Numbered from the stretch's first letter, positions 25,325 through 41,371 are shown. The stretch: DNA of 64,000 nt from Octopus vulgaris (GCA_951406725.2 OX597835.1:18104001-18168000), one strand, 5' to 3'. Made by a program: numbers and translations. The notes: generated from the letters alone by a model not told the origin.

Positions 25325-26189
25325 GATTAAGTGTTTAATGCTGATGACATAAACATTTTGAGGTATTGTTATACTGCGTTCTCTATATCTGTTGAGTGAC
25401 TGACTTCAGGATTTAAGGCTGCCAGCGACTGATTAAGTATAATTAGATGAGTAAATGGAGCTGACAGCCTTTAATAAATTTGCTGTTGTAGGCAAACGCT
25501 CACGTAATCGCTGTCAGAGACGTATCTTTATAATCTTTGAGAATAAATACCCCCTTCCCTAAGAAAGAAAGCATGGATCCCAGCGTGATATTTTCGTCTG
25601 ATTGTCTTAATAAATATTTTACATTAGCAGGTTATAAACACTTGAGGAAATATGGCCTGGAGGGCAAATATAATAATTTGTTATTCGTCGGTGGCTAATC
25701 CTTTAAGAGATGTTTCAATAATTTATATCAATCCTCGATATTTCCTGCAGATTGGATGGCTCTAATACAGTTAACTATCTGGCCAAGAATTCCTTGCATC
25801 ATTATAAATATGTTATGAAAGAATGTTGGCTAAAATGAGCAAATGCTTGTGTATGGAAGCATTCAAAAATGCATTTCCTGCGAAGATTTCCCTGTATGTA
25901 TTTCGAGATATATTAGATTACATTACTAAAACACCATCGCTCTTGCCTGGTGACGATTTGTTCTGAAATTATGTTCGATGGTGGGGGTAGAGAAAATGAT
26001 CAATCAATGTGATACCTCGAGCCAAATATAAAAAGAAAAAATGCTGTCAGACCTCCTTATAAATGCCAAGATTATTCAATCAGTAAATACAACTGTATTG
26101 ATTCTATCAAAGATTGTAACACTTCTGCTGTTAATTCTACGAATGGAGAAATATCTGAAAAAAATGTTCAGCCTATATGATTCTAGTAG

Positions 26190-26393
26190 TGAAGAAAATG
26201 ATGATAAGGATAACGTCGGCTGTGACGATGATAGTGTTGGTGATAATGAGAATGAATCTCATGAATAATGATGATGACAATGATGAAGATGGTGAAGATG
26301 ACGATGATGATGACGATGATGGTGACGACGACGACGACGATGATGACGGTGATGATGACGACGACGACGATGATGATGACAATGACAATGATA

Positions 26394-26427
<34 letters not shown>

Positions 26428-26655
26428 CAATGATAATGATGATGATGATGACGTTGATGATGATGATGATGACGATGACGACGATATTGATGATGATGAT
26501 GACGAGGACAAAGACGACGATGACAGTGATGAGGAAGACGACGATGACGGCGACGATGAACAGAACGACGATGATGATGTTAACGATGACAATGATAATG
26601 ATGATGATAACGATGGTGGTAGTAATGGTGGTGGTAGTGGTGTAGAACATGATGC

Positions 26656-26688
<33 letters not shown>

Positions 26689-26850
26689 CGATGACCAAGA
26701 CGACGATGACGGTGATGACGACGACGACGACGATGATAATGACAATGATAATGATAATGATGATGACGGTAGTGGTAGGACATGATGATGATGATTACGA
26801 CGACGACGATACTGAAGTCGGTGAAGCTAGCAATAACGACAACGACTAGG
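26190..26850. repeat. Degenerate (GAT/GAC)n microsatellite
   Basis: Directly visible. Confidence 0.9.
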
Positions 26851-27367
26851 GAGGGAGTTGATGATATTTGCAATGGTGATGACATTTCTGACACAGAAAA
26901 GGCAGCAGCAAAGACTGGAATAGGCGTAATTCGCTTATTGAAGGACTGGAGCAGTTAGCGTTCATCATAGACAAAAAACAAAAAAAACAGAATATAAGCA
27001 GTTTTCGAAAAACATAAGCAACTACGAAGAAGTAAATCCATTTATGAAAAAAGGAGCTGTGAGTGATGAATAAAGTAAAATAGCGAATTATAGTGTATTA
27101 TATTTTACTCATTGTGGTTGTGTCAGCAGTGATGACAATCCTTTCTGGCACAGCTATAGTATGTATGAAATGGATCAATATTAGATCTATATGATATTCA
27201 GCATCATCAATACAGAGTTTATATCGAATCATTTTTATAATTATATAAAACTGTCAGTTCATGTTACACACAGTTTCAAAGTTTGTTGCCGGCATGCTAT
27301 CCTATTGCGATGCATTTAATTGGGTTTGGGTTTATTAATGATATCAAGAGACCTGTGTGAATATCTG

Positions 27368-27523
<156 letters not shown>

Positions 27524-27624
27524 CATCTATCTATCTATCGGTCTGTCTGTCTGTGTGCATGTGTGTTTGTGTATCTGTGAGTCTGTCTGTCTGTCTGTCT
27601 GTTTATCTATCTATCTATCTATCA

Positions 27625-27695
<71 letters not shown>

Positions 27696-27767
27696 GGTCT
27701 GTCTGTCTGTTTGTCTGTCTGTCTGTGTGTATGTGTGTCTGTGTGTCTGTCTGTCTATCTATCCATC

Positions 27768-27820
<53 letters not shown>

Positions 27821-27907
27821 GTCTATCTGTCTGTCTGTCGGTCGGCCTGTCTGTCTGTCTATCTGCCTGATGTATGTCTGCCTGTCTCTCTCTATGTATC
27901 TACATAC

Positions 27908-27977
<70 letters not shown>

Positions 27978-28029
27978 GTCTGTCTGTCTGTCTGTTTGTC
28001 TATCTGTCTGCATGTCTGCTGCCTGTCTA

Positions 28030-28381
28030 TCTGCTTGATGATGATGATGATGAAGGCGAAGGCAGCTGCGGAGGCTGCGATGGTGGTGGTATCGGCGATG
28101 ATAATGACGATGATGGCAATGATGATGATGATGACGAAATAAAGATCAGCAGAATTATGATGATATAACACTACTGTTAATAATGATGATGATAATGATG
28201 ATGACGATGATGACGATGACAATAACGACGATGGCGATGACCACCACGACGATAATAATGATGTAATATTGTGGAAGATGCTTTGTAGCAGTGGTGGTGG
28301 GCATGAAAAGGATTTCCTATTGACATTAGTTACGATGATAATGAATAAGATGAAGTCACGATGAAGATTATAACGATGTTA

Positions 28382-28436
<55 letters not shown>

Positions 28437-28784
28437 CGATGACGATGATGATGATGATGATTGTGGCCACGACATTAGTGATGGTGACAGCGAGGATGAA
28501 GAAGATGATGGCGATGATAATGATGATGCTGAACGTGATGAAGATGATGATGATGGTTATGATGCCGACGACGATGACTATTATGATGATGATGATAATA
28601 GTGATGCTGATGGTGACGATGACGATGACGATGATGATGATGGTGTTGATGATGGAGATGATGAGATATATGGGTATAGAATGAGGAAATGGAAAAGGAT
28701 AAGGATAATAATGACAGTGATGATGATGACAATGACGACGATGATGGCGATGATAATGCTAATGGTGATGAGGATGATGATGAA

Positions 28785-28847
<63 letters not shown>

Positions 28848-28867
28848 GATGACGACGATGATGATGG

Positions 28868-28907
<40 letters not shown>

Positions 28908-28918
28908 GATGATGATGG

Positions 28919-28964
<46 letters not shown>

Positions 28965-29018
28965 GATGATGATGAAGATGATGATGAAGATGATGATGGT
29001 GACGATGATGATGATGAC

Positions 29019-29093
<75 letters not shown>

Positions 29094-29138
29094 GATGATG
29101 ATGATGAAGATGATGATGGTGACGATGATGATGATGAC

Positions 29139-29178
<40 letters not shown>

Positions 29179-29500
29179 GTGGCCACGACATTAGTGATGG
29201 TGACAGCGAGGATGAAGAAGATGATGGCGATGATAATGATGATGCTGAACGTGATGAAGATGACAGCGAGGATGAAGAAGATGATGATGATGATTATGAT
29301 GATGATGATAATAGTGATGCTGATGGTGACGATGACGATGACGATGATGATGATGGTGTTGATGAAGGAGATGATGAGATATATGGGTATAGAATGAGGA
29401 AATGGAAAAGGATAAGGATAATAATGACAGTGATGATGATGATGACAATGACGACGATGATGGCGATGATAATGCTAATGGTGATGAGGATGATGATGAA

Positions 29501-29560
<60 letters not shown>

Positions 29561-29580
29561 GATGACGACGATGATGATGG

Positions 29581-29617
<37 letters not shown>

Positions 29618-29628
29618 GATGATGATGG

Positions 29629-29689
<61 letters not shown>

Positions 29690-29731
29690 GATGATGATGA
29701 AGATGATGATGGTAACGATGATGATGATGAC

Positions 29732-29776
<45 letters not shown>

Positions 29777-29854
29777 AATGATGATGGTGATGATGGTGAT
29801 GATGATGATGATGATGATGATGAAGATGATGATGGTGACGATGATGATGATGAC

Positions 29855-29899
<45 letters not shown>

Positions 29900-29989
29900 A
29901 ATGATGATGGTGATGATGGTGATGATGATGATGATGATGATGATGAAGATGATGATGAAGATGATGATGGTGACGATGATGATGATGAC

Positions 29990-30025
<36 letters not shown>
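28030..30025. repeat. (GAT)n array containing a ~715-bp tandem duplication
   Basis: Anchors tgtggccacgacattagt at 28462 and 29178; atgggtatagaatgaggaaatgg at ~28670 and ~29383. Confidence 0.9.
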
Positions 30026-30802
30026 ATTGGAGATAGAAAATAACGATAAACGTAAAACATTGCTACAAAAACCACCACAGCACTGTTAAATACCTTTGAT
30101 GCTGCTATCACAATCGCTACAAACAAATCGTTTTGTCGCATTTTCGAATATTTGCTGCTGTTGAAAGCTGCACAGGAATGGTTTTCTACATTTCTTTAAT
30201 GTTGTTTTTTTTATATGTAATAAATAAATAAATAAAAAACAAAATAAAATAAAGTATGATAAAATATCTAACAAAAAAAAAATAAACAGAAAGAAAAAAA
30301 AGGGGAAAAATAAAAGAAAATAGAGGAAACCAAATCAGATCTGAAATTCCAGAGTAGAATCCATCCGCATTGATGAAATGCGAATCCATTGATCACTAAA
30401 TTCGTTGACAATCAAGATTAATGGATATATATTAAATCAGAAAATATTGAAGGTATTAAAACATAAATAAAACAGGTAACGTATAAACAGCATCTATATA
30501 ATAATAACAAATGCAACAAAGAATAAAAATAAATACTCCAAAATTTTACCAGCACCAACACCGGTACCCCTCTCTTCCGCAATGTTTCAGTGAAGTTTGC
30601 AATTCTAATCCATTTCTTCTGTCAGTTGGAATAGCGAAGAATACATACTTGATATTATTAATATTAGGTAGAGTCTAAACGTAAAAATAAAAGAAATTAA
30701 TAAAAAAAGGAAAACAAACGAAAAGCAAAACAAAAAAAAATAAAAACCGAATAGAAAACAAATACATAAATACATTTAATATGGAATAATACATACACAA
30801 AT

Positions 30803-30876
<74 letters not shown>

Positions 30877-30902
30877 ACATATGCATGTATATAATTATAT
30901 GA

Positions 30903-30948
<46 letters not shown>

Positions 30949-31023
30949 GTATATATGTGTGCGTGTGCATGTATATGTATATAACTAAATACATGTGCAT
31001 TAGCATGTACCTATTAATATAAC

Positions 31024-31054
<31 letters not shown>

Positions 31055-31117
31055 AACACACACGCACACACACACGCACACACACACACACACAAACGCA
31101 CACATATATACATATAT

Positions 31118-31153
<36 letters not shown>

Positions 31154-31187
31154 CATATATACCCATACATGCATGCACGTACATATG

Positions 31188-31246
<59 letters not shown>

Positions 31247-31269
31247 TTGTGTATATGTTTATGCCTCTT

Positions 31270-31324
<55 letters not shown>

Positions 31325-31765
31325 ATATACACATAGGCATATATGCATGTACATATCCCCCATTACTTTCGTTATCAACCCCGCTTCTCTCCACACCGCA
31401 CCCATTTCTGTTTCCCCACACCTTTCGTCAATAAATTTCAATGGTTTTATTTTAGATTAAAATCTTTGAATTTCATAATATGAATCTTTGAGAGAAAATT
31501 TTCGGTTAAAATTTTCTGAAGAGGGGGGGGGCGCTGTTTTAATAAAGTAGCCTAGAAATATTAACGTTGAGTATTGCTAAACTCCACTTGTTATTCAGCG
31601 ATGATGGTAGTGATGATAGTGATGATGATGATGATGATGACGATGATGATGTTGGTAGTGGTGTTTGTTGTGCTGATGATGATGATGACCGTGATGATGA
31701 TGTTGATGATGATAATCACTGCTGCAACAACAAACATAACAACAACAATAATAATAATAATAATG

Positions 31766-31811
<46 letters not shown>

Positions 31812-31865
31812 TGATAATAATAATAATAATAATAACAATAATAATAATAATAATAATGATAATAA

Positions 31866-31927
<62 letters not shown>

Positions 31928-32786
31928 GTAATAATAATAATAGTAATAATAATAATAATAATGATGATGATGATGATGATGATGATGGTAATCATGAATA
32001 AATAAACAAATAAATAAATAAAATGATGCTGATAATGATAATGGCGTTGTTGATGATAACGATGAGGATGATGATGATGATCATTAAAACGAACATGGTG
32101 ATATTGAATTAAATATGGATTTTATTGTCATGCTGTTCGGTCAGTAAAATGTATACATGTACATACATTAATGCATTAATATACACACACCGATAGAGAG
32201 ACACATAGAAGGACAAACAGACACACAAATAGACTGACAGACACACACAAACACACAGATATATATTTTCATAGCAAACACACTTACAGACACGCTTGTT
32301 TATATACACGTATTTATGCTAGATTATGTATGTATGTATGTATGTATGTATGCATGTATATGAATGCAGCTGTGTGTATATCTATTTATATATTCGAGAG
32401 TGAAAATACGTAAGAGTCTCATGGGCTGAAATTTTCGTGTATTGCACTTCGATGTCCTACGTGCAATGTGGAGAATTGTCTGCCTTTGCCTTACACATCA
32501 AACCAATAACAAATCCATATTTTTATCTATCTATTCATCTATCAACATGTATGTATATATATATATATATAATAATAAATATTAGGGAATAAATCCAAAC
32601 TTACAGGGAAAAATCAGATTTAGGATTGAATCCAATTTTATAGTAAAATATTATATTATATTAAATTAGAGACAAAACCACTATTAGGCAAGTCATACAA
32701 TGAAAAACTTAAGCCAATACATAAGATTATTTAATTTATATTATTTAAATATATAACAAAATTATTAAAAAATATAATTAATATAT

Positions 32787-32850
32787 CACTACGATCGTTT
32801 CATGGCTGTTAATTTCTTTAAATTTTCAAGTTACAGTCATTCATCAGGTG
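32787..32850 (-). ncRNA. Type I hammerhead motif inside an ~83-bp inverted repeat (32658-32740 / 32866-32948)
   Basis: Minus strand: cac CTGATGA atgactgt ... acagccat GAAA cgatc GTA gtg; palindromic acgatcgt stem III. Confidence 0.7.
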
Positions 32851-32944
32851 GTTTAAATATTTATCTATAAATTAAATAATCTTATGTATTGGCTTAAGTT
32901 TTTCATTGTGTGATTTGCCTAATAGTGGTTTTGCCTCTAATTTA

Positions 32945-33001
<57 letters not shown>

Positions 33002-33206
33002 AATGTATGTGTACTTTTACAGTGTGTACAAATAACACGGAATAAATAACTAAATAGTTACCAGGGTGGCAAAAATTCACATCAATACCAAGGATGTTAC
33101 ATCCGACTTATAAAGTTAGAATTTACAGGGTTTAGTGAAACGTTTTTGTTTAACATAGATAAAGTAAGAAATGAAGCTAAATCCGGTTTTATTCAAACAT
33201 TTATAC

Positions 33207-33252
33207 TTCCGACATATGTTTCGAAATAAACATTATCATCTCGTTAGGGGAA
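33207..33252 (-). ncRNA. Mutated type I hammerhead motif
   Basis: Minus strand: ttccc CTAACGA gatgataatgtttatttc GAAA catat GTC ggaa; G5 changed to A. Adjacent 33030-33130 resembles 15500-15600. Confidence 0.45.
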
Positions 33253-33360
33253 AAAAAAGAAAGAAAACAGAGCACACCAATAAGCCATATTAACCGAAGT
33301 AAAAGAATTTGATTAACACCTGCGTCTAACTCCATTTTTTAAATTTCTCTCTCTCTCTTT

Positions 33361-33456
<96 letters not shown>

Positions 33457-34438
33457 TCCTATATACATTTTTATATATATATATAAAGTAACGACTTTTT
33501 GCCAACCTAAGCTAGCAGTCCCAGCTTGGGGCGAATCCTACTGTTGCTTAGCGCCAGGAGACATCGTCTCCAGCTGACTATACAATGCACGCCCTCTCTC
33601 CATATACTTTGGAACAGAGGAGGTTAGCATGTCGGAACGTGGAACTCCTCTAATGCTGACCAAAAGATATTAACTGCCAGCCGTCTCATTAGAAAAGAAA
33701 GAAAAAGACATTTTAATATTGCACTGCTTTCTTACGCATATTCTATTCCAGCATGGTGTAATTCACATAAATGGTGCTAAAATGTCTAAACAGTTCTTCA
33801 TTGTTGAAGTAGGTGTTATCTCTGTCACCTAATGGAGAAGAGAAGACATAAGAAGACACTCGGTTGAATATCGTGAGGACCAGTCTACTTAGAAATATCT
33901 TGCTCGATATTGCTCTCAGTTACCGTGTCCGATGTAGCTTAGATTCCAGCACTCTGAAAAAGAAATTACCAGAGAATCTGAGGACTGGAAACTGAAGATT
34001 GGCAGACTGCACGGAAATCAAGTCTTCCGTGAGATTCCGATTCTTCTATAATATGCCTTCACAGTAACCGTAGATTTTAAAGCTATATTGGTCAAGCAAG
34101 ACACTTCAGCAACTATAAAGCATTTGACGTCAAAAGGGTCATGTGAGAAATCAAGTACGTACATTATTAATTCTCTTCTGCAGGAAATGTTTAGAATTTT
34201 GTACTGAGGAGACTTTACTAGATCTTCCGTTATGTTATGAGTCAAACATGCAGTGAGTTAATTTCTGATTGGAAACAAATGGGGGTCTGCTTGTGTAGTA
34301 TCTGTGTGTGTCTGAATACTTGTGGTTGTATGTATGCATATTAGTTAATCACTGATAATGTACGCGTGTACCTGTCCAACTACATTTGTGTAGAAAAACG
34401 TGCGGTTCGGGGTATCGGCGTGTTGCAATATGTCATTT

Positions 34439-34663
34439 GGCGGCGAGCTGGCAGAAACGTTAGCACGCCGGGCGAAATGCGTAGCCGTATTTCGTCTGCC
34501 GTTACGTTCTGAGTTCAAATTCCGCCGAGGTCGACTTTCCCTTTCATCCTTTCGGGGTCGATAAATTAAGTACCAGTTACGCACTGGGGTCGATATAATC
34601 GACTTAATCCGTTTGTTTGTCCCCTCTGTGTTTAGCCCCTTGTGGGTAGTAAAGAAACAAAAA
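34439..34663 (+). mobile_element. SINE family C, 12-bp TSD
   Basis: TSD aatatgtcattt at 34427-34438 and 34664-34675. Confidence 0.92.
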
Positions 34664-34986
34664 AATATGTCATTTGATTATGTAAATTATATAAACAAAT
34701 AGGAAAGTAAATAAATAAATAATTGAATATGGCCGATCATAAAACGATATATCAGAAAACAGCAAAATATTCAGCATCATCAGTATCATGGGTAATACGA
34801 ACATCAGCATCAACGTCGACGTGATTTCATTGGCAACAGCAAGAACAAAAGAAAAAAAAAAGATGCCTTATTTAGAATTCTCTACTACCGAAACTACCGC
34901 ATCGGCGGCAGCAATTATTGCAGCATTGTAAAATTCCAAAACACCTTTTAAAAGAACAAAACATTACCACCACCATAACCACTACC

Positions 34987-35217
34987 TATTTCTTTATTAC
35001 CCACAAGGGGCTAAACACAGAGGGGACAAACAAGGACAGACATAGGTATTAAGTCGATTACATCGACCCCAGTGCGTAACTGGTACTTAATTTATGGACC
35101 CCGAAAGGATGAAAGGCAACGTCGACCTCGGCGGAATTTGAACTCACAACGTAATGCAGACGAAATACCGCTAAGCATTTCGCCCGGCGTGCTAACGTTT
35201 CTACCAGCTCGCCGCCT
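34987..35217 (-). mobile_element. SINE family C, 11-bp TSD
   Basis: TSD taaccactacc at 34976-34986 and 35218-35228. Confidence 0.92.
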
Positions 35218-35403
35218 TAACCACTACCGCCACCACTACCCACGCTGTCACCGCCGTCTCCGCCCCGGACGTAAGGAAGGCTAATCAAAACTGCTATAAC
35301 CTTTACTACCACCGCTTTACTACCAACACAACCTCCACGAACAACTACAAACAGCATGTCTGACAATCGCAGCTGCTATCACCACAATCCCTACCGCTAC
35401 AAC

Positions 35404-35736
35404 CATCTCTGATCACAAGCAGACGTTGTGGAGGAACACCATAGCCATGTGTTGAGGGGATTTTCTTTGGAGCTTGAATAATTCACCTCTAGAAACATGG
35501 GTGTTTCGTTCAACATGCTTAAACAACTCTTATTCAGTGGGCCACTCGAATTGGAGAAAATTCTAGCTGGGCACCACTTGCCAGGTCATGCACTGTTTAT
35601 CTTGATATAAGGTGAATACATTACGCACATACGGTTGTGGTGCATGTGCCTGGTGTACTGTTATTTGATGGGTTGTGATGGGTTTCGCATAGTTTTACCC
35701 AGTGTCACTTTGATGGTATGCACTACTCTCTCACTC

Positions 35737-35737
<1 letters not shown>
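35404..35737 (+). mobile_element. Interspersed repeat ending in (AAT)n, related to 50000-50360
   Basis: Shared catctctgatcac..catagccatgtgttga..ataattcacct..ttcgttcaacat..cttattcag..gggccactcga. Confidence 0.65.
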
Positions 35738-37500
<1,763 letters not shown>

Positions 37501-38103
37501 ACCACAACAATGTTTCAATCTTTGCTGTTGTTATCGTTGTGATTGTGATTTGTTCTTGTTGTCAAGATTTACCATTATGATGATTATTGCAGTTCTATTC
37601 GCTGAAAGCACAAATATTTTAAGTACTCAACAACATATGGAACAATATGTACGAAGGGATTCTTGAGAAATTGGTTAAATATAATTTTCTGAGTTTTATA
37701 TATATTTCGTTTTAAGTAGTTGTCATTTGTTTGTGCATGCATCTTGTTTTGTATCATTTTCAGTGAAGCTTTCTTGGTTGTTATAATAGCTTTGATAACT
37801 TTCTGTAGCATTCTCTTTCTTCTCTTTCCCCCTCTCTCTCTCTCCATCTCTCTCTGTTTGCCTCTTCCTACATCTCTTGTCTGTTTGTCTCCAACATTCA
37901 GGACGTACTCAAAATCTATGTATCATAACCTCATTTTATTTCTTCATCAGACTCTGTATGTATGTATGTATGTATGTATGTATGTATGTATGTATGTATG
38001 TATGTATGTATGTATGTATGTATGTATGTATGTGTGTATGTATGTATGTATGTATGTATGTATGTATGTATGTATGTATGTATGTATGTATCTATCTATC
38101 TAA

Positions 38104-38160
<57 letters not shown>

Positions 38161-38218
38161 CATCTATCTATTTGTCATTCTTGCTTTCTGCCTGCCTGTC
38201 TGTTTCTCTGTCTATCTG

Positions 38219-38263
<45 letters not shown>

Positions 38264-38328
38264 ATATCTATATTTATATCTATCCATCTATATATATATT
38301 GCCATATCCCGATCTCTCCATCTATTCT

Positions 38329-38446
<118 letters not shown>

Positions 38447-38618
38447 CATATATCTATGTCTATCTATCTACCCACCTACCCACTCAACTACCTCTCTGTC
38501 TATCTCTTTGTCAGTATGTTTGTCTGTGTAGCCAGATACCCGTCTGTCTATCTCTATATATTAATACTTACATTGCTTTCTTTCTCAGTCACGCACACCC
38601 ACACATACATTGTCTCTT

Positions 38619-38668
<50 letters not shown>

Positions 38669-38736
38669 CAATATATATATACACATATATCCACTGATAT
38701 ACACACCTATATGTATGTATATATATATATATGTAT

Positions 38737-38771
<35 letters not shown>

Positions 38772-38780
38772 AATATATAT

Positions 38781-38813
<33 letters not shown>

Positions 38814-38957
38814 AATAGACACACGCATAAACATGTTTATATACATGCATACAATCATACATTCGTATGCACATATTGTATATTGACTTTGATTTTATAG
38901 ACAGTTTAATTTATCCGTCTTTACGCATGTCTCTGTCTGTCTCTTACATTATCTATC

Positions 38958-39016
<59 letters not shown>

Positions 39017-39018
39017 GG

Positions 39019-39066
<48 letters not shown>

Positions 39067-39070
39067 ACAG

Positions 39071-39104
<34 letters not shown>

Positions 39105-39294
39105 GTGTATTGGTAGATAGATATTATCTATCTAATCTATTTGTCAACAGATTTGCATATTTCTCTTTATATGCATGTATTTTTATGTCCTAATACATCT
39201 ATGTAAGCATATATAATAAATATACACACTAAAGTACAATATATCTGCATGGTGTTTATTATATTAGCATATATATAAATATATAAATATATGA

Positions 39295-39338
<44 letters not shown>

Positions 39339-39797
39339 ATGTGTGTATGTGTGTGTGTATGCGTATATGTGTGTGTGCGTGCACGTGTCTAAGTGCATAG
39401 GAAATAGAAACGAGCAGACAAAAGGAGATTTTACATATGATGGATAATTCTATTTTTCTGACTGATTTTTGAAGGGTGTACATATAATGACAATTTATAT
39501 AATTACGTCATTAACATACATATTTAATTATTTTAAATTACACGATGCAACATTGATGAGATTTTTACAAATAGTAACACACTGGCATGCACACGTGCAC
39601 ACGCAAACTTGTTTAGAATCTTATCTGCTTAAATTTCAAACTGACGATGGTAGATTATGTATTATACAAACACACATTTATATATAGGCATGGTAGATGA
39701 GTTCAGTGAAAAATTTAGATTCGGATGAATATGGTACTTAATTTGAGGCACAATAAATTAGTAAGGTATTATCTATACAATTTCAAAATAAGTTGAT

Positions 39798-39881
39798 TAA
39801 TCAAAATAAGCAGCATGGATATCTAGAGGTAATGCAACCCTCTGCATTACCCCTGGATATCCATGCTGCTTATTTTGATTA
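39798..39881. repeat. Near-perfect hairpin, 39-bp arms and 6-nt loop
   Basis: taatcaaaataagcagcatggatatctagaggtaatgca accctc tgcattacccctggatatccatgctgcttattttgatta. Confidence 0.9.
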
Positions 39882-40627
39882 CAAAGCGATAAACTTTGTC
39901 TTTGTCTACGTATGTGGATTATGTATGTTTGTGTATTGTGACCCCTTCGCTCATGAATGACCGTGGGATTGCACCTCGAAAGTTACATGCAATTTCACAA
40001 TAAGGTGATTAAAATCAAAATCGATATCATTGTTGCTTATTTTGATATATGTATTTATATACAGAGAGAGAGAGAGAGAGGGGGAGGAGAGAGGTCCATA
40101 ATAGAACAGCAGTCCGCAGCCCAAAGTGTCACAAAATGTGACTGGATCCGAAGCTACATTCATGCAAAGCGAAATCTTGTCCATAGAGCAATGTCGCGCC
40201 TATAGAGTAGGAATACCAAAAATATCCTGTGAGGTGAGGAGAAGAATGGCAGGAGATAATGGAAAATGAACTGAAAATCACACACGTATAGGTACACACA
40301 CATATACATACATATACGCACAGTCACACATATAATAACAGGTAATATGAATTAATAAATCCTGGCAGATATGTAGTTCAGTTATTATATCCGTTCGCTT
40401 TCAATTCAAGTTGTTATGGGTTACCTTGATAACATTTTATTCGTATAGCTTTCGGATATATTAAAATGGTTGGTATTCCACACCTTTTTCTATATCAAAG
40501 AAAATACGCTGATGGGATGGAAAATATCGTTGGTCTTGTATGGTATAAAAACCAAATAAATATGTGATATTCTACATTATTGTTGTACATGTATACACAG
40601 ACAGACAGACAGACACACACACACATT

Positions 40628-40787
40628 CTCTCTCTGTTTATTTCCTCTTGTTCCTTTCTGTGGAAGAGCGCAGGCTCGAAACGTAAAAGACTTCCTCGTC
40701 TTCCCGAGCGTCAAACTATTAACTTGCCTCTTGTTTATTTGTTTATACACCTGTCTTCATCTTTTGTTTTTTCTGTAAATTTCAACT
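40628..40787 (+). mobile_element. Repeat family D with hammerhead-like motif (40654-40689)
   Basis: cttt CTGTGGA a gagc gcag gctc GAAA c GTA aaag; ends in (TA)n. Confidence 0.7.
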
Positions 40788-40807
40788 ATATATATATATA
40801 TATATAC

Positions 40808-41182
40808 ATTCTGGCGTTGATTTGGTCTTAGAGTCCATAGCCCCTAGCTAGCTATGTGACACACAAACCTGTGTCAATAACAACATTCGAATAAGGGAGA
40901 GATTTAGAAATATTAATATTTCTATTTTTGAAAATCAGTGGATGTATTCTGTTAAATATACATAAATAAACCTCCTTCGAACAGACAGTCAGCAGCGACC
41001 CCTTCTGGGTTCGGCTACTCCATATTGAGAAGGGGAAAAATAGCCCGAAACCAGTCTGTGGTTGTTGAACCAGCAAGGGGTATCTGCTGACCTCCCCCAT
41101 CGAAAGTTGTGATGGATACAGTTTTGTGTGTCACATAGCTAACGAGAAGCGATGGCCTCTTGGAGCTAATCAATGGCAGAAT
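40808..41182 (+). ncRNA. Rod-like foldback capped by a U3-A8 variant type I hammerhead (41020-41061)
   Basis: ccata TTGAGAA ggg gaaaaatag ccc GAAA c ca GTC tgtgg; stem I extended by ttcggc/gttgaa, ctgg/ccag, acccctt/aaggggt, gtcagcag/ctgctgac; outer arms 40808-40897/41094-41182. Confidence 0.6.
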
Positions 41183-41279
41183 TCGTCCTATTTTCCTGGA
41201 CTACCATGGTAGCTTGGCGATAAATATTAATATCCAGTACTGCTGCCGTAGTCTCCTATAGAGAGATTTAGATATATCA

Positions 41280-41312
<33 letters not shown>

Positions 41313-41332
41313 CATATATATATCTATTTCTA

Positions 41333-41371
<39 letters not shown>

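Noticed and set aside
28689-30089. 466-aa Asp/Met-rich ORF resembling molluscan acidic shell proteins
   Set aside because: Translation of a (GAT)n array; the frame flips from poly-Asp to poly-Met between duplicated units, and there is no signal peptide or splice support.
33490-33660. Multi-hairpin island containing GCGAAT, considered as an HDV-like ribozyme
   Set aside because: I could not build P1, P3 and P1.1; more likely a retroelement UTR remnant.
33760-34330. Possible LINE endonuclease remnant on the minus strand
   Set aside because: No diagnostic motif could be read with confidence.
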